54,832 nucleotides of DNA from Candidatus Paceibacter sp. Its GTDB lineage: Bacteria; Patescibacteriota; Patescibacteriia; Magasanikbacterales; UBA922. The notes beneath the pieces were generated by a model. It worked only from the letters and a program-made list of their open reading frames with translations. It searched no databases and had not been told where the DNA came from. Shown one piece after another: positions 8,710-18,416 of this stretch. Within the stretch, counting starts at the first letter, position 1; every line of letters begins with the position of its first letter. The position numbers were made by a program, and so were the translations under genes. The stretch is taken from contig DYFM01000010.1 in the NCBI GenBank assembly GCA_020725175.1, positions 1-54,832 on the forward strand. Direction: 5' to 3'.

Positions 8710-11328
8710 ATGTCCCGACCAAGACAATCACGCCGTCAAGCTGCTAGTACCTTTGACCCTACCCTCTCTCACGGCATTCTCGCCATCATTCTCATTATCA
8801 GCGCCATCATCATTGGACTCAGTTTTTTTGAAAAAGCTGGAACTATTGGTATTATTCTCAATGAGTATGTGCTCAGTTTTCTATTTGGTTCAATTCGCTT
8901 TGTCACACCAATTATTCTCTTGGTTTCAGCGTGGTATCTTATTACAGATCGAGAATTTTCCTATCGACCGGTGCATCTGATAGGCGCTGGTCTTTTTTTC
9001 CTTTCTCTCTCAAGTCTTCTCCATATCAGTTTTCCACTGGAATCCATGTGGACAGAATCACTTGAAGGAAATGGAGGCGGCGTATTTGGTATGCTCGCTT
9101 GGCCGGTAAAAACATATCTTGGAAGCATTGCCGGCGTCATTGTCCTTATGGGTACTGCCATGGTCTCTGTCATGCTCATGTTCCACACCACACTCGATGC
9201 TTTTATTCATCTTCAGCGCAGCTTTCTAGAACTTCTCGCTACTATTCCACACCGCATCTGGACCGGCATGAAAAGTGCCTTTGTAAAAGAACCGACCCAA
9301 AAACAATTTTCCTATCCGGAAGATGAATACGACGACGAAGAGGAAGAAGAGACCGCAGAAACACCGGCTCGACATTTCTTTAGTAAAAAACTGGGCGAGA
9401 AAATCAAAAAACAACAAAAAGAGCGAGAAGAAGAGATGGAAGACGAAGATGAATCAGAAGAAGACATTGAAGAAGAGGTGGAAGCACCGGTGCGTCGCGC
9501 TCCGGCTCGCGCGGAAAAAACCGAATCAGCTGAAGAAGAAAAATCCGGTGCACTAGAAACTCCGGCATGGCTTCAACATGTATTGATTAAACCAATCCCT
9601 TCTGTAGCACTTCTCAATAATAAAAAAGGGAAACCATCTAGTGGGGACATCAAAACCAATGCCGAGATTATTCAAAATACGTTCAAAGAGTTTAATATTG
9701 ACGTCGCCATGGAAGATGTGCGAGTAGGCCCAACCGTAACCCAATATTCACTCAAGCCGGCAAGTGGAGTAAAATTGTCACGTATTACCAGCCTCTCAAA
9801 CGATCTGGCTCTCGCACTTGCGGCTCACCCCATTCGGATTGAAGCGCCAATTCCCGGAAAATCACTGGTCGGTATTGAAGTACCAAATGAAAAAACCGCC
9901 ATGGTTTCCTTTCGAGAATTGTTGGAAAGTCAAGAATTCATTGCTCGCCCGCACAACATGATGATCGCGCTCGGAAAAGACGTGGCCGGAAAAACTTGGT
10001 TTGCGGATTTACCTCGCATGCCACACCTTTTGATTGCCGGAGCTACCGGATCCGGAAAAACTGTCTGTGTCAATACGCTGATCATGTCGCTCTTATACCA
10101 AAACACTGCTGAAACACTCCGCATGATTATGGTTGATCCAAAACGAGTAGAGTTAACCTTATATAATGGCATTCCACATCTCCTGACGCCGGTTATTACC
10201 AACACTCAACAAACAGTAAACGCTCTCAAATGGGCAATCGGTGAAATGGAACGTCGCTTTGAACTTCTTTCCCAAGCCGGCAATCGCGATATTACCAGTT
10301 TCAACAAACACGCCAATCCAAAACTCCCGCACATTGTCTTTATCATTGATGAATTGGCTGATCTCATGGCTACCGCTCCGGGAGACGTGGAAGCCGGCAT
10401 TATTCGTCTCGCTCAAATGGCACGCGCAGTGGGCATCCACTTGATCTTGGCAACACAACGCCCGAGTGTTGATGTTATTACCGGTCTCATGAAAGCCAAC
10501 ATTCCGGGTCGTATTGCCTTTTCAGTAGCATCACTCACCGACTCTCGAACGATTCTTGATACCGGCGGCGCGGAAAAACTACTGGGGCGAGGTGATATGT
10601 TGCTGTCTACTGCAGAATTATCCAAACCGGTGCGTATTCAAGGCGCGTACATTTCCGAAGAAGAAATGAAGCGTGTCGTGCAAGAATTGACCGGCGGAGA
10701 GAAACCGGTCTACGATGATTCTATTGTAGCAAAACCTTCGGCCGGCGGTACCATGAATATGTTTGGTGGACCCACAGACGATCAAGATCCATTGTTTGAA
10801 GATGCAAAAAATCTCATTGTTGAACAAGGTAAAGCGAGCGCGTCATTTTTACAACGTCGGTTCAAAGTTGGATATGCTCGAGCAGCACGCATTCTTGATG
10901 AACTCGAAGAAGCCGGTATCATTGGCCCGGCCGACGGCGCAAAGCCGCGAGAAATTCTGGTCACGGAACGAGAGATTGAAGAAACCATGGATATGGGCGG
11001 AGAACTCAATGTCTACAAACAACCTCGCAAAACTGAAGAGGCACCTGACGTATTTGAAGACGAGGAAGCATATGAGAGTGAAGAAGAAAACGAAGATGAA
11101 GAAGACATCAGTAAAAATTTGGAAGATACCACTGATAGTGAATTACCCAATAACGATACTCCAGAAATGGATGACGATTCTTATACCAAAGATGAAGATG
11201 AGACACTTGAACATGATGAACCGATAGATGAAGACAACGAAGAAGATGAAGACACCTATTCAAATAAAAGGTCAAACAAACCACCCCAAAAACCCGAAGA
11301 GACCATAAAAAACTCCTTTTGGCACTAA
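8710..11328 (+). CDS. ftsK: DNA translocase FtsK/SpoIIIE
   Basis: N-terminal TM helices, PHLLIAGATGSGKT Walker A, IIDELADLM, ATQRPS, gamma domain SFLQRRFKVGYARAARI. Confidence 0.97.
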   Translation: MSRPRQSRRQAASTFDPTLSHGILAIILIISAIIIGLSFFEKAGTIGIILNEYVLSFLFGSIRFVTPIILLVSAWYLITDREFSYRPVHLIGAGLFFLSLSSLLHISFPLESMWTESLEGNGGGVFGMLAWPVKTYLGSIAGVIVLMGTAMVSVMLMFHTTLDAFIHLQRSFLELLATIPHRIWTGMKSAFVKEPTQKQFSYPEDEYDDEEEEETAETPARHFFSKKLGEKIKKQQKEREEEMEDEDESEEDIEEEVEAPVRRAPARAEKTESAEEEKSGALETPAWLQHVLIKPIPSVALLNNKKGKPSSGDIKTNAEIIQNTFKEFNIDVAMEDVRVGPTVTQYSLKPASGVKLSRITSLSNDLALALAAHPIRIEAPIPGKSLVGIEVPNEKTAMVSFRELLESQEFIARPHNMMIALGKDVAGKTWFADLPRMPHLLIAGATGSGKTVCVNTLIMSLLYQNTAETLRMIMVDPKRVELTLYNGIPHLLTPVITNTQQTVNALKWAIGEMERRFELLSQAGNRDITSFNKHANPKLPHIVFIIDELADLMATAPGDVEAGIIRLAQMARAVGIHLILATQRPSVDVITGLMKANIPGRIAFSVASLTDSRTILDTGGAEKLLGRGDMLLSTAELSKPVRIQGAYISEEEMKRVVQELTGGEKPVYDDSIVAKPSAGGTMNMFGGPTDDQDPLFEDAKNLIVEQGKASASFLQRRFKVGYARAARILDELEEAGIIGPADGAKPREILVTEREIEETMDMGGELNVYKQPRKTEEAPDVFEDEEAYESEEENEDEEDISKNLEDTTDSELPNNDTPEMDDDSYTKDEDETLEHDEPIDEDNEEDEDTYSNKRSNKPPQKPEETIKNSFWH

Positions 11329-11390
11329 CAAAAAATTGTACAAAAGCAGTCACAACAATCTTGTTATAATTTTTCCTCTCAGGAGTATAT

Positions 11391-11418
11391 GTGATGTAGT
11401 GATGTAGTGATGTAGTGA
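11391..11418. repeat. Octamer tandem repeat (GTGATGTA)x3.5
   Basis: Direct reading. Confidence 0.85.
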
Positions 11419-11476
11419 CAAAATTGTCTTTTTCCTCAAAATTCGCTATACTATTCAGCAAGAAAACTTTTTTCCT

Positions 11477-12190
11477 ATGGACAAATTTACCATCAAAAAA
11501 ATCAGCGAAGGAAAACGTGTTTGTTTGCGACTCAAAGAAACCCGTGAGCAAGCCGGTGTGTCACTCAAAGACCTTGCCAAAAAAACCGCTATCAAAGAAT
11601 CATATCTCGAAGCCTTGGAAAACTGTCAATTTGAAAAACTTCCCGGAAGTGCCGTATACCACAAAGGATTTATTGTTCGGTACCTGAAAGGATTACGAAT
11701 AGACCCAACTCCATTTGTCCAACAATATTGTTTGGAAGAAGATACCGCCTCTCCCCCATGTCAACAACCATTGATAGTAAAAAGAAATTATTTTCACAAT
11801 CTCCCTCTTCTTATTCGCACCGCCAGCATTGCCACGATTATTATCGCACTTCTCGGCTATCTCGTATTACAAGTACGACAAATTCTTGAGCCACCGGCCC
11901 TCACACTCTACAACCCAACCAATGGGGAAATTACCCAAGAAAAACAACTTGATATTCACGGAAAAACAGACAAAGAAGTGATGGTCATGATCAATGGCAA
12001 AGAAATTTTCAACAACCAAGAAGGTATATTTACAGAAACGATTGATCTTAAGCCAGGAGTCAACACCATTACTGTTTCTGCCAAGCGTCGTCATGGGAAA
12101 GAAGCACAAGAAACTCGCTATGTCACGTTCCGCGAGCCGGCACCACAACTTTCCCTAAGTAACGACCCTGCCACAGCTCGAGCAAACTAA
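11477..12190 (+). CDS. RodZ-like HTH membrane protein with C-terminal Ig-like domain
   Basis: LKETRE...YLEALE...LPGSAVYHKGFIVRY HTH, one TM helix; ftsK-HTH-recA synteny. Confidence 0.8.
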   Translation: MDKFTIKKISEGKRVCLRLKETREQAGVSLKDLAKKTAIKESYLEALENCQFEKLPGSAVYHKGFIVRYLKGLRIDPTPFVQQYCLEEDTASPPCQQPLIVKRNYFHNLPLLIRTASIATIIIALLGYLVLQVRQILEPPALTLYNPTNGEITQEKQLDIHGKTDKEVMVMINGKEIFNNQEGIFTETIDLKPGVNTITVSAKRRHGKEAQETRYVTFREPAPQLSLSNDPATARAN

Positions 12191-12379
12191 CAAAATACAT
12201 ACCCCAAAACACTGCGTCGCAATCCGTAGTGTTTTTATTTCAAACTCTATACTGTTTTCACAGTAAGACATGATATGTCTGTTTCAGAAGTAGAACATTT
12301 GTTCTCTCTTATCCACATATCGACAAAAAATAACTACAAAAATAGCTTTATTGAAATAAAAAAAATGATCCGAAAATCC

Positions 12380-12408
12380 TTGACACCACGACAAAAAACC
12401 AGTATCCT
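12380..12408 (+). promoter_or_regulatory. recA promoter
   Basis: TTGACA-N17-TATCCT. Confidence 0.7.
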
Positions 12409-12451
12409 AAGAGTACTACATAATTCAAACGCACTCATAACATCATAATCT

Positions 12452-13528
12452 ATGGCCAAAAAACAAACCGAGGAGCAACAAGGAAAACTTCGCGCGACCC
12501 AAACTGCTATTGACCAAATCAAACAAAAATTTGGTGACAATTCCATCATGAAATTTGGTGAGGCACGCACTTCAGATGTTGACGCTGTACCGACCGGCTC
12601 CATTTCTCTTGATATCGCGCTCGGTGTTGGTGGGATGCCTCGAGGACGCATCATTGAAGTATTTGGACCAGAAGCCAGTGGTAAAACGACGCTTGCTCAA
12701 CACATCATTGCCGAAGTCCAAAAACAGGGTGGTATTGCCGCCTTTATCGATGCTGAACACGCCCTTGATCCGGACTACGCTCGAAAAATTGGTGTTGATG
12801 TTGACAATTTGTTTATTTCTCAACCAGATACCGGGGAACAAGCACTTGAAATTCTTGAAACGTTGGTTCGTTCCAATGGAGTTGACGTAGTGGTAGTAGA
12901 CTCGGTAGCAGCGTTAGTGCCAAAGGCAGAAATCGAAGGTGAAATGGGAGACTCCCACATGGGGCTCCAAGCTCGACTCATGAGTCAAGCGCTCCGTAAG
13001 CTCACCGGTATAGTAAGTAAAACCCATACCGTCGTTATTTTCATCAACCAGATCCGACAAAAAATTGGTGTCTTCTTTGGAAATCCCGAAACCACTACCG
13101 GTGGAAACGCACTCAAATTTTATTGTTCTGTCCGCGTAGAAGTCCGCCGTTCTGCTCAGATTAAACAAGGAGAAAAAATTATCGGCAATCGCGTAAAAGT
13201 AAAAGTGGTCAAAAACAAAGTGGCGGCTCCATTTCGTACCACTGAATTTGATATCATGTACAATGAAGGTATCTCACTCGCTGGCGATCTTCTCGATACG
13301 GGAGTTGCACATAAAGTCATTGCCAAGTCCGGCAACAGTTACAGCTTTGGTGAAGAAAAATTGGGGGTAGGTCGCGAAAAAGTAAAAGAATATTTGAAGA
13401 GCGATCCAAAACTCATGAAAAAAATTGAAGAAAAAATTTGGGAAGTAGTAGAACGTGGAGAAGCACCGGAAGAAGAAAAAGCAAAACCAGGTGAGGCGAT
13501 GGCGATGGAGGAAGAAGTGGGGGTGTAG
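12452..13528 (+). CDS. recA: Recombinase RecA
   Basis: [36 protein letters not shown]. Confidence 0.99.
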   Translation: MAKKQTEEQQGKLRATQTAIDQIKQKFGDNSIMKFGEARTSDVDAVPTGSISLDIALGVGGMPRGRIIEVFGPEASGKTTLAQHIIAEVQKQGGIAAFIDAEHALDPDYARKIGVDVDNLFISQPDTGEQALEILETLVRSNGVDVVVVDSVAALVPKAEIEGEMGDSHMGLQARLMSQALRKLTGIVSKTHTVVIFINQIRQKIGVFFGNPETTTGGNALKFYCSVRVEVRRSAQIKQGEKIIGNRVKVKVVKNKVAAPFRTTEFDIMYNEGISLAGDLLDTGVAHKVIAKSGNSYSFGEEKLGVGREKVKEYLKSDPKLMKKIEEKIWEVVERGEAPEEEKAKPGEAMAMEEEVGV

Positions 13529-13549
13529 GAAAACAGAGACTATTAATAG

Positions 13550-13580
13550 CAAAACAGACGGTTTTCAACCGTCTGTTTTG
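13550..13580. terminator. Bidirectional intrinsic terminator
   Basis: CAAAACAGACGGTT/AACCGTCTGTTTTG 14-bp stem between convergent genes. Confidence 0.85.
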
Positions 13581-13679
13581 TTATCTATACACATACTATA
13601 GAGACACCTCATATTTTTATACAAGTACAATTTATTTGAGAGTAAAGTCGTACAATGAACCCTGTCATGAGTTTTTAAC

Positions 13680-14375
13680 TTAATGCAATCTATTTTTATA
13701 CATTTGTAACCCTCTTTCCGATAAACGTCTTTGGTGAATCTCATTGTACAAGCGAAATACATCTTTCTCAATTTTGATAGTATCAACCATAGTTGATAAA
13801 AGCTCTTTTATTTGTTCGGTTAATGTAGCTGCCACTACCATACCTGCTTGATGTTCCTTTACGCCTATTTCATCTTGATCAGAGTTTGGTGTATTTACAA
13901 GGTTTCTGAAGACACGACTATCAGCGGAGGGAAGTTTTGATAAAAATTCATGAAAGGAAACAGGCTGTGAAGCATCTGTTTCAAGACCAAAGGACAGGTG
14001 CTGTATTCTTCTTAGAGCTCCGAAAGTGAAGACCTCTTCAACACCAATTTGATTAAGTAATTCGACCATTTTCTGATCACTCTCTTTAAGGAACTGATTG
14101 TATTTTCTATAAAAAAAATTCTCTTTCTCCCTACGCGTTGTTTCATCTAGCTCATCTAATGATGATTCTTCAGCATAAGTTTTCAAGAATGTTTCAAGAG
14201 CCTCTTCATACGGATCTGGAAATGTCGGAATTGTATCTTTATCAATTTTTATTACAGGTTCGTTGAAACCATTTTCATCTTTCCTCTTCATGATATATGA
14301 ATGGAACAAAATACGAACCAACCTTTTACCTTCATCCGATAACTTCTCGAATGTATTATATGACAAACCATTCAT
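13680..14375 (-). CDS. Hypothetical protein
   Basis: Long AT-rich ORF, no recognised motif; start set at MNGLSY. Confidence 0.6.
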   Translation of the reverse strand: MNGLSYNTFEKLSDEGKRLVRILFHSYIMKRKDENGFNEPVIKIDKDTIPTFPDPYEEALETFLKTYAEESSLDELDETTRREKENFFYRKYNQFLKESDQKMVELLNQIGVEEVFTFGALRRIQHLSFGLETDASQPVSFHEFLSKLPSADSRVFRNLVNTPNSDQDEIGVKEHQAGMVVAATLTEQIKELLSTMVDTIKIEKDVFRLYNEIHQRRLSERGLQMYKNRLH

Positions 14376-14462
14376 ACGAAAAAGTTTATATGTATGTATA
14401 GATATACATAATAACATAAAAAGGTTTAGTGCCTGGTCTCTGTACTTTCTGGTAATCGTTTT

Positions 14463-14855
14463 AGTAATTCAAATATGCCTCATTTACTATAGTTTCTGTT
14501 CGAATATTTGGATAAAACCAATTGACAGTTTTGATATATTCTTTAATTTTCTGAGTAATAATATCAAATGATAAATAATTTAGATTGGCTAACATATAAT
14601 TTCTAACTCCAGCCAAAAAACTTTTTCTGCATTTCGTTCTAACTCATCACACATCTGGTTATCTATTTCATGTTGATTCTCTTCAGTCCCATGCAAAAAT
14701 CTATCTTTTATCCCCACTTCAGTTGCGGTATCGCTTATGCGATTACTAAAAATTATTGTTTTATACAAACAAGAAGTTTCACTTGCCCATAAAAACAAAG
14801 TTCTCAAAATCTGTTTCTCATTTTCACTTAAACGTTGAAAAGCACTGTACTCCAT
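14463..14855 (-). pseudogene. Probable frameshifted paralog of the 13680-14375 gene
   Basis: N-terminus YSAFQRLSENEKQILRTLF resembles YNTFEKLSDEGKRLVRILF; another frame gives ITQKIKEYIKT, resembling LTEQIKELLST. Confidence 0.5.
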
Positions 14856-14870
14856 ATAAGTAGCAAAATG

Positions 14871-16817
14871 TTAGTACACCCTCTCAATCCCAACCCCCGT
14901 ATAATAATACTTCAAAATCTCCTCCCACGTCGCCTTGCCCTCAACCGCTCGAATAATCGCATCACGATTACTCATTCCCACGCCATGACCCCAGAGTTTC
15001 TTTCCATCTCGTTTATCATAGGTAGCTTCCACTGACACCAGCCACGGCTTGTCTTTTCCACCCCACACCTCGCTCCATGACCGAGTTCTCCCATCGGTAT
15101 TGGAGAAATATGGCGTAATTACAATTTCCGACGGAGTAGATGGATTGTTATCCGTATCATAGGTAATCATCATACCACGAGTATCATTGGCGGCTTTACG
15201 AATATTCGGCATGGCAATCTCAGCGTTGTATCCCAAAAACAACTGATCGGCGGTACTAGGTACCACATCAAACGATCCGTACTTACACGCGCAACTCTTC
15301 AGATAATACGCATAGGTCCGCGCGGCAATAAGAAGTGCTTTTTGATACTCCGGATGGGTATCATTACCTGTTTCGGCGATCCCTGCAACATAATCTTCAA
15401 ACAACGTTTCATTGATCACCCAAAACTGTTTATCTTTTTTACCAAATTGAAGGATAACATTGCCGCGGTATTTGTTGTAGTTGGTGTTTTTCTTCCAAGA
15501 AACAGTTCGAGAAAAATTTTTCAGCTCAAACACTGCGCTAGGATTGGAAGAAGGAACAAGCCGAACAATACCTTGCAACGTGAATTTCTTTTCAGCATAC
15601 GACACAACAATAACGCCGTTGGTATGTGATATTGTTGCCGTTATATTTTTTGGAATACGGCCAACTTCTGTTTCATCATCAAAAATAATATAGTCATCTT
15701 CCGGAGTCCAAAATTCAACTGTTTTCGGTGCTTCCCACAAGCCGATTTTAATCGTTGGCTCCGTAGAAAGTCGTAGCTCAGTTTCATTTGGCTGAAAAAC
15801 TACTGGTTTTTTCTTAGATATTGATTCTAAATTCTGAGAAACAGTAATTGGGATTTCCACCATAGCTCCGGCGACTGAGATACCGTCAGCTTCTAGCTGT
15901 AACTTCAATACATAGTGACCCTCTTCAGTCGGCATGGTGAGAAAAAACGTGTTTTCCGCTAAAAACTTTGGCGCGATATTCTTTATCACTTTTTTTGTTG
16001 ATTGAGAATCAGTCCAATCGCCATCTGAAAAGGAGATGGTTTCATTTCCAACAGTGGTAGCTCGTAGAAAAAACGAAGACCATGCTGCCGTGCCAATATT
16101 TCTAAAATGCGCGCGAACCTTTACTTTTTCACCCGGCCTCGCGACGATTTCTTTTTTTGAAACTATCGCTCGTTCTCCGAGATAGGTACCGGTTTTTTTC
16201 AAGGCATTCTCCGAAGCGGTCGGTGTAATAGCAGCCGAAGGAGCATTACCAGAAGATGTTGCGGGCACCACCTTTATATCCAGATAAAAATATCCTCCGT
16301 GAATCCAAGTATGGTTGTACGCAGCCAAATAAAACTGCTCTTTATACACTCCAGGCTTTCCGGCCCTCAATTCGACCGGTAATTCAGCTGTTTCACCTGG
16401 TTGCACTGCTTTTACAATCGATGCAGTTTGGTCTTTCCCTTTCCAGCTAGCTCCTCGAAATTCTGACGTCCGATACTTTGGTTCTATGGTAAACGCGGAA
16501 ACATACCGTGTACCACCTGCATTCCACGTTGTTGATCCGGTGTTTTTAAACTTGAGCACCACTGTTTTTGTTTCCCCCTCAGTAAGCACAATCGGATCCG
16601 GAAGAGACTGCCCGACATAACGCGCACTATACGCTTCATCCCGAATAGTCATGACCGGAACATTCGCTGCCTGAACTGAGTTGAAACTACCAACTGATAA
16701 AAAAATACCGACGGTTACGAAAGTAAAACCGAGAAATATACGAAACAAAAAGGAATTTTTTGATATCATAGAAAGAATCTTATTATGCGAGCAGTATACC
16801 ATTTTTTTATCTTTCAC
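14871..16817 (-). CDS. SpoIID/LytB-domain secreted protein with Ig-like N-terminal domains
   Basis: EDYVAGIAE, KALLIAARTYA, DQLFLGY, GHGVGMS...ILKYYYTG; start may be 16766. Confidence 0.9.
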   Translation of the reverse strand: MKDKKMVYCSHNKILSMISKNSFLFRIFLGFTFVTVGIFLSVGSFNSVQAANVPVMTIRDEAYSARYVGQSLPDPIVLTEGETKTVVLKFKNTGSTTWNAGGTRYVSAFTIEPKYRTSEFRGASWKGKDQTASIVKAVQPGETAELPVELRAGKPGVYKEQFYLAAYNHTWIHGGYFYLDIKVVPATSSGNAPSAAITPTASENALKKTGTYLGERAIVSKKEIVARPGEKVKVRAHFRNIGTAAWSSFFLRATTVGNETISFSDGDWTDSQSTKKVIKNIAPKFLAENTFFLTMPTEEGHYVLKLQLEADGISVAGAMVEIPITVSQNLESISKKKPVVFQPNETELRLSTEPTIKIGLWEAPKTVEFWTPEDDYIIFDDETEVGRIPKNITATISHTNGVIVVSYAEKKFTLQGIVRLVPSSNPSAVFELKNFSRTVSWKKNTNYNKYRGNVILQFGKKDKQFWVINETLFEDYVAGIAETGNDTHPEYQKALLIAARTYAYYLKSCACKYGSFDVVPSTADQLFLGYNAEIAMPNIRKAANDTRGMMITYDTDNNPSTPSEIVITPYFSNTDGRTRSWSEVWGGKDKPWLVSVEATYDKRDGKKLWGHGVGMSNRDAIIRAVEGKATWEEILKYYYTGVGIERVY

Positions 16818-16973
16818 TCAATCACATCCTCCTACCAAAGTCATCTTTCTTTCATGAAAAGAAATATCTCATGACCGATTGATTTTTTCCTTCTGATATA
16901 TTATAATTCGCTTAAACAACGACAGAATTGTTGAAGTCACACACCTCAATTGGTGAAAAGAATAGTAATCCAC

Positions 16974-18416
16974 ATGACCACTACACGCAATATTGCCCAC
17001 AACACAATAATACAGATTGGTGGTAAAGCTATTTCTACCCTGCTCGGGCTGGCAGCGGTTTTTTTGTTGACTCGATATTTAGGACCGGAAAAATTTGGCT
17101 GGTATAGCACTGTTATCATCTTTCTCCAGTTTATCGGTATACTGACCGACTTTGGATTAACTCCGGTGACATCACAAATGCTCAGCAAACCCGGAGTCGA
17201 TAAAGTAACACTACTTAAAAATCTGCTCGGTTTTCGTCTAGTAACGGCAGTGGTTGGCTTTGGTATTGCGCCGTTACTTGTGTTGTTGTTCCCCTATCCT
17301 GCTGAAGTAAAGCAGGCGGTCAGTTTTACCACTATCTCTTTTTTAGCCATTGCTCTCAACCAAGTGTTCATGGGGTTTTACCAAACGCAGCTCAAGATGT
17401 ACATCGAGGTCATTGGTGAAGTGCTCGGAAGAATTGTCTTGGTAGCAGGGTTATGGTTCCTCGGAATCTACGGTGCGTCCTTTTTACCCATGATGGGAAT
17501 GATTACCCTCGGCAGCGTAGTATATACCGCCTATGTTTGGTGGAAAGCGCGTAGCCTGAGCCCGATCGGATTTGCGTACAACAAAGAAATCTGGAAAGAA
17601 ATCAGTCTCACCATGTGGCCAATTGCCGTTGCGATTGTATTTAATACCATTTATTTAAAAGGCGACGCGTACCTACTTACTTGGTACCGCTCGCAAGAAG
17701 AAGTTGGTTTTTATAATCTCAGTTATCGAGTCATCGACATTGTAACGCAAGTTGCGATGATGACTATGGGAATACTCCTTCCACTGCTTTCTTACGCCTG
17801 GAACAGAAATCTCAAAGAAGAATTTAAAAAACGATATCAACAAGCCTTTGATACCATGATGCTGATCGGGCTTCCTTCATCAATCGCTATTGGCGTACTC
17901 GCCAAACACGCTATTTTAACCATCAGTGGTCAAGAATACTTACCAGCGGTAGCTCCGCTTCAAATATTATCATTGGCTATTTTTGGCTTATATCTCGGCG
18001 CGGTATTTGGTCACGCCGTTGTTGCGATTAATAAACAAAAGGTTGTACTGTGGGTGTATTTCTCCAATGCAGTTATCACACTTCTTGGGTACCTCTTAGT
18101 TATCCCAAAGTACGGAATGATTGGAGCGGCCTGGATGACAGTATTTTCCGAACTCTATGCCGGTGTTGGTCTGTATCTTGTCGTTCGTCAAACCACCAAG
18201 GAAAAATTACAAGTTCGATCATTTGCCAAGATGCTCTTTGCCGCGATTGTTATGGGGTGCATCTTGTTTCTCTTCCGTGATTTACATCTCATTCTCCTCC
18301 TCCCTCTTGGCGCAGCCGTCTACTTCTTTTTTGTGTACGGTCTTGGCGTGATATCAAAAGAAACATTGCAGGAAATTTTCTCTCTTCGTAACAAAGCATC
18401 TGACACCACTGTATGA
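16974..18416 (+). CDS. Polysaccharide flippase (Wzx/RfbX-like)
   Basis: LTRYLGPEKFG, DFGL, VGFYN, YGMIGAAW; many TM helices. Confidence 0.9.
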   Translation: MTTTRNIAHNTIIQIGGKAISTLLGLAAVFLLTRYLGPEKFGWYSTVIIFLQFIGILTDFGLTPVTSQMLSKPGVDKVTLLKNLLGFRLVTAVVGFGIAPLLVLLFPYPAEVKQAVSFTTISFLAIALNQVFMGFYQTQLKMYIEVIGEVLGRIVLVAGLWFLGIYGASFLPMMGMITLGSVVYTAYVWWKARSLSPIGFAYNKEIWKEISLTMWPIAVAIVFNTIYLKGDAYLLTWYRSQEEVGFYNLSYRVIDIVTQVAMMTMGILLPLLSYAWNRNLKEEFKKRYQQAFDTMMLIGLPSSIAIGVLAKHAILTISGQEYLPAVAPLQILSLAIFGLYLGAVFGHAVVAINKQKVVLWVYFSNAVITLLGYLLVIPKYGMIGAAWMTVFSELYAGVGLYLVVRQTTKEKLQVRSFAKMLFAAIVMGCILFLFRDLHLILLLPLGAAVYFFFVYGLGVISKETLQEIFSLRNKASDTTV

